From: Laspinema olomoucense D3d
GTDB lineage: Bacteria > Cyanobacteriota > Cyanobacteriia > Cyanobacteriales > Laspinemataceae
Assembly: GCF_025370715.1 (NCBI RefSeq)
Contig: NZ_JAMXEY010000002.1
DNA length: 14,566 nt
Strand: one strand, 5' to 3'
The position numbers and the translations under genes were made by a program. How positions within the stretch are numbered: position 1 is the first letter of the stretch; every line of letters starts with the position of its first letter. Of this stretch, positions 7,568-14,566 are shown piece after piece. The notes under the pieces are model-generated. The model had not been told where the DNA came from, ran no database searches, and saw nothing but the letters and a program-made list of their open reading frames with translations.

Positions 7568-8206
7568 TTACTGTAAGCGGGCGATCGCCTCAATCAAGTC
7601 TTGGGGGTTATTAATCGCTATATCAGGGTTATGTTTAGATAAAACCGTTTTAGAATTAAATCCCCAACTCACCGCGATTACTTTAATTTTAGCTTTCTTA
7701 GCCGCCTCTATATCTCGGGTTTCATCTCCAATATAAATTACATTTTCCGGGGGAATTCCTTCTTTTTTCAAAAAGTTTTTAATGACTTTGTTTTTCCCAA
7801 ACAAGGTGGAACCCGCATGAATAAAGCTGAAAAGTTTAGTCATTTCATTTCTTTCTAAAAATCCTTTAACATTTTCCAGAGAGTTAGAAGTTACAATGCC
7901 CAGCTTATATTCTTTATGGTTTAAAATTTGCAAGGCTTCTACAATACCGGGAATAGGTTTTAAGTTTTGAATCTCATGATTTAATTCTAGCTTAACCATC
8001 TGCAATAAAAAAGGAACTTTAAAAATAGGAATACCCGAGGTTTTAATAATTTGCATTGAATTCATATTCCTCAAATACTCCACATCTTCTTGAGTTGTTT
8101 TTTTATATCCAAACTCTCCAGCCAAGCGATTGGTAATTTTTACAATAGAATCTAGGGTATCCGCAATTGTCCCATCAAAATCAAACAAAATTATTCTCAC
8201 CGTCAT
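7568..8206 (-). CDS. HAD-superfamily hydrolase, subfamily IA (phosphatase / beta-phosphoglucomutase-like)
   Basis: The translation shows motif I ILFDFDGTIADT (DxDGT), motif II GIVTSN, and motif III/IV K...IYIGDETRDIEAA. The Shine-Dalgarno GAGGAAG lies 5 nt before the ATG at 8206. The gene is ~30-35% GC against ~50-58% in flanking genes. Confidence 0.85.
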   Translation of the reverse strand: MTVRIILFDFDGTIADTLDSIVKITNRLAGEFGYKKTTQEDVEYLRNMNSMQIIKTSGIPIFKVPFLLQMVKLELNHEIQNLKPIPGIVEALQILNHKEYKLGIVTSNSLENVKGFLERNEMTKLFSFIHAGSTLFGKNKVIKNFLKKEGIPPENVIYIGDETRDIEAAKKAKIKVIAVSWGFNSKTVLSKHNPDIAINNPQDLIEAIARLQ

Positions 8207-8231
8207 CGACTTCCTCTATCATTTTTCTACA

Positions 8232-8259
8232 ATTTATAGAACCCCAATGGACCCGGCAA
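8232..8259 (-). promoter_or_regulatory. Candidate sigma-70-type promoter for the HAD gene (TTGCCG -35, 16 nt spacer, ATAAAT -10, read on the - strand)
   Basis: The minus-strand sequence is cTTGCCGggtccattggggttctATAAATtgtagaaaaatgatagaggaagtcgATG. Spacing and position relative to the start codon are plausible. It is unverified. Confidence 0.25.
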
Positions 8260-8740
8260 GACCCTCCCCTCGGGCAACAGTTGGGCGACTGAAGAGATAA
8301 AAAAGTCAAGATTAAGAAATTTTCACCTTTTAAGTCGCCCCTCCTCGAATCACCAAGATTCAACCCCCGTCTATCCAATTCCGAAACATTCCCCACCCCG
8401 ACTCAATAAAATTATCAGGAGTCGTATCGCAACCGGCATGGAACACCAGCGGGTTTTCTCCCTTGCTTTTAATTTTACGTTAGATAATGTCCCCACCTAG
8501 CCATCGGGGAAACTTGTCCAAAAATCAACCTGGAGACAGACGCCGATCTAGACTTCAGGAGTTAAATCCCGTTACCTCTGCCCTCCGTAACTCAATTGGG
8601 GGTGAGCCCTGCCGCCCAAAACCTGAGTTAGTCCCCTGTGTAAATTTCAGACATTGGGGCTTTTCTTCAGAACCCTTGCCATTTTAAAAATTTTGTACAT
8701 AATAGGGAAAAGCGTTGTCATTTCTTTTAAAAAATTGCTG

Positions 8741-9109
8741 ATGAAACCTAAGCACGTTTTAGCGGGAATTCTTTCTACTGCCGCTGTTGCCACAGGAATT
8801 TTAATCACCTCCGAGGCCCAGGCATCAGGCTGTCCCTTTGCGAAAGGACTAAATCAATCCACTCAAAACCTATCCAATGCTACAGGATTTCATAACGGAA
8901 CGACGAAAGCTGCTTTTCTAGGCGGTGCAGTATTGGCAGCCGGTGCTAGTATTTTGGCAATCCGTCGTCTGGCAGGCGATCGCAGTCCCGAACATCCAGA
9001 ATTTTCCTCAACGGATGAGTTGATTCCCTCATCAGAAGTGTTCCCCACGGAAGTCACCGAACCCCAGGCATCGGTTGTGGAAGAAAAAGAGCTAACTTTA
9101 GTGCGCTAA
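8741..9109 (+). CDS. Small secreted/membrane-anchored hypothetical protein of 122 aa. The start is probably the internal ATG at 8741; the track ORF begins at 8654.
   Basis: MKPKHVLAGILSTAAVATGILITSEAQA|SG is a classic Sec signal peptide with an AxA cleavage site. A second hydrophobic stretch, AAFLGGAVLAAGASILAIRR, precedes an acidic Ser/Pro/Glu-rich tail. No family was recognised. Confidence 0.5.
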   Translation: MKPKHVLAGILSTAAVATGILITSEAQASGCPFAKGLNQSTQNLSNATGFHNGTTKAAFLGGAVLAAGASILAIRRLAGDRSPEHPEFSSTDELIPSSEVFPTEVTEPQASVVEEKELTLVR

Positions 9110-9545
9110 TGCCATCCTAGCCGGGTTATCCTTGAAACTTATCCATCCATTTGGATTCCTCATAAGTTTGAGGAGTCAACCCGGTTAAAACTGCATCATC
9201 AATAACATTAAACCCCTAAATTGCGGTTAATCTATTTATCAAGAGGCTGAGTCGAGACAGTCAGCTATTTTTTAACCCTTTGAAGGGGTGACTTTCCTCC
9301 AGGTTGACTCAATCGATGAGTCTTCAGATCCAGCCTCACGTTATAAGACTGCGGGCCAAATTCTAACAGGCCCCCTAAGAATTAAATATTTATTCCTCTT
9401 GCTTCCCCTATATCCTTTTTTCTGTGGCGATCGCCATTCTGATCGATTCAACCGGGCGTCGGGTTTACCGAGAGGACATGGGCGGTTCTGCGGCAGGTCC
9501 ACGGAGTCAGAACATAGAAACCAGAATTACTGCGAGTGAAATTTT

Positions 9546-10994
9546 ATGCAGATTTCGGTCAGTCGGTTTATTGCTATAGGTTTCTGTGGGCTGTTAGCGC
9601 TATTTACAGGCGGCTGTATTACGAAGGTTGACCCCAACCAGCCAGGAATTGATGCGGGAATTCCTGATGGTAAACCGCCCAACTCTGCACAAGCGGCATC
9701 CCCTCAAGAAATTGTGCAATCCAACGTGGTGCGATCGCTTCCCGGTGGATTAGATCAAGTCCCCATGTTTAATAGTAACAGCCCCGAATGGGTCAAAGTT
9801 GAAGGCATTTTACTCTCCACCTTTCCCCCAGAAGGCAAACAAGTCCCCGCTGCCCATCTTAACTTTGTCTTTAACGATAAATTTGAGCTATTTGCTCATC
9901 ACTTTACCCATACTCCCCCCAATTTACAAACCCTCTATATCGGGATTATAGTTAACAATCCAGGCCCGGAACCTGTTACGGTAACTGTACCGGAAGGTGC
10001 TAGTTATTTACTAGAACCCGATGCTCCCTTTCAAGAGAAACCCGCCATGAGTGATAATCCTAATGGGGAGATTTATTCAGGTCCAGGAATTCGTGCCGTT
10101 GATAACGTATTGCGGGGAATTAGACAAGGGGATTTACCAGAAACCTTAGTTATTCCCCCGGGAGAAAGTCGGATGTTGATGAATCATCCGATTCCAGTCA
10201 AAGGCTTAGAAAAACCGATTAATGGTCGTTCTACTTTTCTGCGCTTACAGAGTGATGGGCCGGTATATTTAGCATCCTTAGCACTATATGCTAAAACGGA
10301 TTCTAAGGGAACTGAACGCGCACCTAATCTTGAAGAATGGCAGCAACTTTTAACTAGGGGAAATCTAGCTTTACCCCGAGATAAAACCCCTAGTCCACCG
10401 GAACAAGTCAGCGGTCAACTGATTTATAGCCGGGTTGCAGGAGTTCAGGAAGGGTCAAAATGGCAGGCTAATTTAGTGGATGAAGGAAGTGAGTATTTAG
10501 CGCTTCCTGAACCGGAAAAAGCCGTTTCTTATGTAATTAGTACCTTACGCGCTGGGACATTAGGAACAGGTCAAATTCAAGCGGCCAAGCTGTTAGTTCG
10601 ATATCCAGATACGGCTTATGAATCCCATGCGAACTATGGGGTGCATTATGATTTAACCCTCCCCCTACGAAACGAGAGCGATCGCCCGCAAAAAGTGGCA
10701 GTTACCTTAGAAACCCCGATGAAAGAAGAACGGTTATCTAAAGGTGGATTAATCTTTCGTCAACCCCCGTGGGATTATCCCTTTTTCCGCTCAACGGTCC
10801 GCTTGCGATACACCGATGATAATGGAGAAAACATTACCCGTTATCTACATTTATGGCATCGTCGGGGACAGATTCTTGACCCATTAGTAACCTTAAATTT
10901 AGCCCCCAATGAGGTGCGATCGGTCCAGGTTGATTTCCTTTATCCTCCGGATTCCGTCCCGCCTCAAGTCTTGACAGTTAAGACGTTAGAATAA
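9546..10994 (+). CDS. Conserved hypothetical exported protein or lipoprotein of 482 aa
   Basis: The N-terminus MQISVSRFIAIGFCGLLALFTGGC is a signal peptide ending in a lipobox-like LFTGGC. The ORF is long and clean with HIP1 sites inside it. No catalytic motif was recognised. Confidence 0.75.
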   Translation: MQISVSRFIAIGFCGLLALFTGGCITKVDPNQPGIDAGIPDGKPPNSAQAASPQEIVQSNVVRSLPGGLDQVPMFNSNSPEWVKVEGILLSTFPPEGKQVPAAHLNFVFNDKFELFAHHFTHTPPNLQTLYIGIIVNNPGPEPVTVTVPEGASYLLEPDAPFQEKPAMSDNPNGEIYSGPGIRAVDNVLRGIRQGDLPETLVIPPGESRMLMNHPIPVKGLEKPINGRSTFLRLQSDGPVYLASLALYAKTDSKGTERAPNLEEWQQLLTRGNLALPRDKTPSPPEQVSGQLIYSRVAGVQEGSKWQANLVDEGSEYLALPEPEKAVSYVISTLRAGTLGTGQIQAAKLLVRYPDTAYESHANYGVHYDLTLPLRNESDRPQKVAVTLETPMKEERLSKGGLIFRQPPWDYPFFRSTVRLRYTDDNGENITRYLHLWHRRGQILDPLVTLNLAPNEVRSVQVDFLYPPDSVPPQVLTVKTLE

Positions 10995-11016
10995 AGAGGT
11001 CTAATTTACCCCAGCC

Positions 11017-11574
11017 TTAAAGTAGGGATTTGAGTGCTAAGGTAAACCCCGGGACAATATTTTCACCATTTAAGATTGCGGTTGCGGGATATGGGGTAAT
11101 GGAACCGTCAGCGCGATAAACGAACCCCTGTTGATTTTGGCGATCGATTAACCATCCCAACTGCACCCCATTTTCAATATATTCTTGCATTTTATCCTTA
11201 AGTTTTTCTAGCCCGTCAGTTTTGGAGCGAATTTCTATGACAAAATCGGGAGGGAGATTTAAAAATTCATCGGTTCCCTGATCCCATCCTTCGGGTAAAC
11301 GTCCTTTTGCCACAAACGCAGCATCAGGCGATCGCACTGCACCATTGGCTAATTTAAACCCACAACTTGAACTAAAGACTTCCCCCAAATCGTGCTGTTC
11401 TACCCAATACAAAAGATAGGCCCCTGCTTTCAGTTCTCGATTACTAGAAATTCCTCCAGTGGGTGGCATAGTCTCTAACGTTCCATCTGCATTCCGCTCA
11501 AATCTCAATTCAGGGTTTTGTGAACTGATTTGCATCAGTTCTTCATCGGTTAAGGTATAAAACTTTTGGACCAT
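11017..11574 (-). CDS. Uma2-family (DUF820) PD-(D/E)xK putative endonuclease. The start is probably the ATG at 11574 (MVQKFYTLTDEEL) with a GAGGT Shine-Dalgarno 8 nt upstream; the track ORF starts at 11598.
   Basis: The protein is ~185 aa with the characteristic Uma2 organisation. PDFVIEIRS carries the PD...E.K-like core and a C-terminal GF motif is present. The family is highly expanded in cyanobacteria. Confidence 0.8.
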   Translation of the reverse strand: MVQKFYTLTDEELMQISSQNPELRFERNADGTLETMPPTGGISSNRELKAGAYLLYWVEQHDLGEVFSSSCGFKLANGAVRSPDAAFVAKGRLPEGWDQGTDEFLNLPPDFVIEIRSKTDGLEKLKDKMQEYIENGVQLGWLIDRQNQQGFVYRADGSITPYPATAILNGENIVPGFTLALKSLL

Positions 11575-11696
11575 TATTTTACCTCGAAACACTCCCATTC
11601 AATGGGATATTCTTTAATTTAATATAACAATTTTTACCCCCTATTTTACTGCGGTATGGAAGAAACGACGGCAGTTGTGACTATGAGCAATAAAAA

Positions 11697-11721
11697 AAGC
11701 CCGCTCAGGAGGGCTTTTTTC
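11697..11721. terminator. Bidirectional rho-independent terminator: AAAAAAAGCCC-gctcagga-GGGCTTTTTT
   Basis: A 5-6 bp GC stem is flanked by A7 on one side and T6 on the other. Read on the - strand it gives a hairpin followed by a U-tract just downstream of the GHL10-like gene (stop at 11771). A second hairpin, TAGCCCC-N14-GGGGCTA, lies at 11725-11752. Confidence 0.5.
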
Positions 11722-11770
11722 TGATAGCCCCGCCTTTGAGGGTGGGGGGCTAATTTAATCCAATTTAAAG

Positions 11771-13507
11771 TTATAAAGAAACCACAACTCCAGGGCTTTC
11801 ATTTGCCATGCGGTCTACGCTACAAACGGCATAACTTCCCGGTTGTAATCCGGTGAGGGAATTGGTGGCGGAATTCAGAACTTTGACCAGTTGCCATTCA
11901 TTCCCGTTGCGACGATAAACGCTCCAGTAGCGAACATCATTATTACCAGAATCCCAGGCGATCGCATTCTCACTGGCACGAACACCTGTGGGAACTGCCG
12001 GTGGAACTGCATCTAACCAAGGCATAGTAGGAGGCAGTGCCTGGGAAGGATAGACTGCTGCTCTAAAACGCTCGTTGATTCCTAACCAATTTTCCTTAAA
12101 CACTTTCATGCTAAAGAAAATATTACCCAGGGACAGTTGATCCACCGCTTGGCGAGAAATTTCCACCTGTCTTTCAAACTCAGAAATTGGCCACCCACTG
12201 CCATCAAGTTTGCTCAGATAGTTTCCGGCATAAATATGACGGCGCAGGGGATTATTTTGACTCCACCAGTTTAATAACACGGGATAGCTTTGTTGAGGGG
12301 GGTCAATCCGCCAATAGAGTTGAGGAGCCAGATAATCTAGCCACCCTTCATCTAGCCATTTTTTAACGTCGGCATAGAGTCCATCAAATTGGTCAAATCC
12401 GACAATTCCCTCAGCTTTGCCCGGACGATAAATTCCAAAGGGGCTAATTCCAAATTTAACGTAGGGTTTTTCGGTTTTGATCCCGTTCCAAATCCGTTCG
12501 ATCGCATCATTGACGTTTTTTCTGCGCCAATCTGCCAGAGAAAGCGTTCCGCCACTGTTTTGATAGGCGCCATAAGTGGCGGTATCGGGGAAGCGCACCC
12601 CTTCTTGTGGATAGGGGTAGAAATAGTCATCAATATGAATGCCATCGATATCATAGCGACGGACCACATCCATAATCACGTTATAAGCCCGGTCTTGGAC
12701 TTCTTTTGCCCCGGGGTCCATCCAGAGTAAATCCCCATATTGATAGGCATATTGGGGAAACATGGAGGCCATGTGATTAGGAGTCAGGCCATATTTTTCT
12801 CCTGGCATTTTAGCGCGGTAAGGATTAAACCAAGCATGAAGCTCGATATTGCGCTTGTGACTTTCAGCGATCGCAAACTCCAGGGGGTCATAAAAAGGTT
12901 GGGGCGCTTGTCCCTGAGTTCCCGTTAGCCATCCACTCCAAGGCTCAATTTGCGACGCATAGAAGGCATCTCCATTGGGCCGAATTTGGAGTACCAGGGC
13001 ATTCAAATTTAATGATTGTATCTGGTCCAGGATTTCCAGCAGTTCCGCTTTTTGCTCGTCTACGGACAAATTGCTCGCGGAGGGCCAGTCAATGTTGGCC
13101 ACCGAGGCCACCCAGACCCCTCTAAATTCGTGCTGATGGCCGACACTGACGAGCTTTTGAACCCGATCATCGCCTTGGAGTGGAAATTGGAGTTGTGTCA
13201 TTTCAGGGGATCTGCGCTCACCTCCCGGGTTGTTGATGGGTGCAGGGACTGCAGTGGGGGGAGCAACCGCAGGCGGCATCACTGGGCGGGGATACTGCGC
13301 GGTCCCCGGTGGAACGTTGAGCAATAACAAGAGTAAACAACCCCAGACTGCAAACTGGATTTTGAGTGGATTTCCCGTGAAAAAAGTACGCACGATGCGC
13401 TGACATAGGGACCACAGGTTTGTTGATAACTGACCTGTGGCACCCATGCGGCGCTTCGGTTGTCTTTGCTGGAAAATTCGGAATACTAAGCGCATCAATT
13501 TCATCAT
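11771..13507 (-). CDS. Glycoside-hydrolase-like family 10 (GHL10 / YngK-YddW-like, DUF187) secreted protein. The start codon is uncertain; alternatives are ATG 13507 or ATG 13447.
   Basis: The hydrophobic segment IQFAVWGCLLLLLLNVPPGTAQ forms a signal peptide. It is followed by a Pro/Ala-rich linker and then EFRGVWVASVANIDWP...NLNALVLQIRPNGDAFY...HAWFNPY, which is typical of the GHL10 TIM-barrel family. The C-terminus has a beta-rich tail. Codon usage is normal and HIP1 sites are present. Confidence 0.8.
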   Translation of the reverse strand: MMKLMRLVFRIFQQRQPKRRMGATGQLSTNLWSLCQRIVRTFFTGNPLKIQFAVWGCLLLLLLNVPPGTAQYPRPVMPPAVAPPTAVPAPINNPGGERRSPEMTQLQFPLQGDDRVQKLVSVGHQHEFRGVWVASVANIDWPSASNLSVDEQKAELLEILDQIQSLNLNALVLQIRPNGDAFYASQIEPWSGWLTGTQGQAPQPFYDPLEFAIAESHKRNIELHAWFNPYRAKMPGEKYGLTPNHMASMFPQYAYQYGDLLWMDPGAKEVQDRAYNVIMDVVRRYDIDGIHIDDYFYPYPQEGVRFPDTATYGAYQNSGGTLSLADWRRKNVNDAIERIWNGIKTEKPYVKFGISPFGIYRPGKAEGIVGFDQFDGLYADVKKWLDEGWLDYLAPQLYWRIDPPQQSYPVLLNWWSQNNPLRRHIYAGNYLSKLDGSGWPISEFERQVEISRQAVDQLSLGNIFFSMKVFKENWLGINERFRAAVYPSQALPPTMPWLDAVPPAVPTGVRASENAIAWDSGNNDVRYWSVYRRNGNEWQLVKVLNSATNSLTGLQPGSYAVCSVDRMANESPGVVVSL

Positions 13508-14050
13508 CTATCCCGCTGGATACCCCGCGTTGCATCAACAATCTTAATAACGTTAGCGTAGATTGGGAATTCCATCATCCTGGTATCTACTCTAAATTCT
13601 GAGGGATTCGAGATGCTGACCGACCCGATTAGGCAGCAGTTCCAGGCGTTGCTTACCGTTTCCCAGTCGGGCAAGCGATCGCCAGAAAGAATCCAGTGAT
13701 TCGCTCAGGGAATCGCGCTTCTCCAAGTTTGGTGGCATTCTCGTCTGGATTAGCAATACGCCAGAACAGTCGGTCTATCCCGATCTTTTCCTAGAATTGA
13801 CTCCCTTGAAAATTTAAAGCGTTTCCCGCTGTTTGGCCTCTGGGGGATGATAACGGGGTCTGATTCGGGGGCTGCTTTTCGGTTTTCGGTGATGCAGATC
13901 ACAAGTGATATCTGATCCGATCCCCTGTTGCCCTGGGCTTTAAATCACCGCCCACTTTGACGATTATCACGAGCTACCCACCCTTGCGATCGCTGTAAAA
14001 GCTGGAATTTCAGGAGATATTAAAAGGGTAGAGTTCAACCACACCTCGCC

Positions 14051-14251
14051 ATGCAAGTACCCACCCTTTACTCCACCTCCCTGATTGCTGAAGTCTTCGG
14101 TCAAGCCTGGAATGCCGGTTCCCTAACGCTCAATCAACGGGAAGGTCTGATGGCTGCCCTTGTGGAAAATACCCTCAATTCTGAAGACTATGCGGCGATC
14201 GACCGTCTACAGCACGCCGTGCGCCGGGGATGGATTAAAGTCACCGAGTAA
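14051..14251 (+). CDS. Hypothetical small protein of 66 aa
   Basis: The ORF is clean and carries an internal HIP1. No Shine-Dalgarno is visible and no family was recognised. It could be non-coding. Confidence 0.3.
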   Translation: MQVPTLYSTSLIAEVFGQAWNAGSLTLNQREGLMAALVENTLNSEDYAAIDRLQHAVRRGWIKVTE

Positions 14252-14413
14252 TCAACCGAACCCTTAACCTTTGCTCCCCTGATGCTTTCTCAAAACAATT
14301 CAAAATTTAAACTCTGACCGTCTTTATCTCTGGATTCAAACATTAAATTCCCTCATCAATTCCACTTTAAATTACTTCTTAAATTAACAATTTAGTGAGA
14401 TATTTGGGTTCTA

Positions 14414-14442
14414 ACTACACGAACATCGTGTAGTTTTTTTTT
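14414..14442 (+). terminator. Rho-independent terminator: ACTACACG-aacat-CGTGTAGT followed by T8-9
   Basis: A perfect 8-bp stem with a 5-nt loop and a poly-T tract is seen directly. It lies ~165 nt downstream of the 66-aa ORF, after a very AT-rich stretch. Confidence 0.6.
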
Positions 14443-14483
14443 AGAGTTCCGGGTTCCATTATCAATTGACAATGGCTCTTTAT

Positions 14484-14566
14484 CACTTGTCACTTGTCAC
14501 TTGTCACTTGTCACTTGTCACTTGTCACTTGTCACTTGTCACTTGTCACTTGTCACTTGTCACTTG
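14484..14566. repeat. STRR-type heptanucleotide tandem array (CACTTGT)n, ~12 perfect copies, running off the window edge
   Basis: Perfect 7-nt periodicity from 14484 to the end of the window. Short tandemly repeated repetitive (STRR) heptamers are a known feature of filamentous cyanobacterial genomes. Confidence 0.9.

Noticed and set aside
7461-7736. ORF 7461..7736(+)
   Set aside because: It overlaps the 3' end of the HAD gene on the opposite strand and spans the palindromic terminator-like hairpin. It is unlikely to be coding.
8181-8687. ORFs 8181..8396(-) and 8487..8687(+)
   Set aside because: The first overlaps the HAD start codon and promoter region in another frame. Both are short, Arg/Gly-rich and lack a Shine-Dalgarno. 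The region is more plausibly promoter and 5' UTR.
9288-9539. ORF 9288..9539(+), 83 aa
   Set aside because: It has an odd composition and no Shine-Dalgarno, and it ends right at the start of the 482-aa gene. It is probably the upstream regulatory region of that gene.
12352-13602. ORFs 12352..12669(-), 12389..12730(+), 12740..12928(+), 13016..13327(+), 13218..13541(-) and 13420..13602(+)
   Set aside because: All are nested within or antisense to the well-supported GHL10-like gene.
14484-14566. Whether the heptamer array is a CRISPR array
   Set aside because: The array is a 7-nt unit with perfect tandem periodicity and no spacers. CRISPR repeats are 24-48 nt and separated by unique spacers. 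It is an STRR microsatellite.

Overview
This 14.6 kb window looks cyanobacterial. GCGATCGC (HIP1) octamers are dense, roughly 30 copies, and there are heptanucleotide tandem repeats of the STRR type. On the + strand a 5'-truncated nrtC-like gene (ABC ATPase fused to an NrtA-like solute-binding domain) is followed by an nrtD-like ABC ATPase. Downstream, a ~367-bp element sits between near-perfect 41-bp inverted repeats and is MITE-like. Converging from the - strand is ftsZ. Immediately upstream of ftsZ and apparently co-oriented with it is an unusual 839-aa gene. It fuses a cNMP-binding-like domain, a sigma-54-activator-type AAA+ domain with degenerate Walker A, Walker B and GAFTGA motifs, and a NapH/MauN-like polytopic Fe-S (polyferredoxin) membrane domain. 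Where an ftsQ-like gene might be expected, this gene sits instead. The rest of the window is accessory-like. It holds a strikingly AT-rich HAD-family hydrolase gene that is probably horizontally acquired, two + strand secreted/lipoprotein hypotheticals, a Uma2 (DUF820) PD-(D/E)xK endonuclease, a GHL10/YngK-like glycoside-hydrolase-like secreted protein, hairpin terminators, and a (CACTTGT)n heptamer array running off the 3' edge. No tRNA, rRNA or CRISPR was seen.
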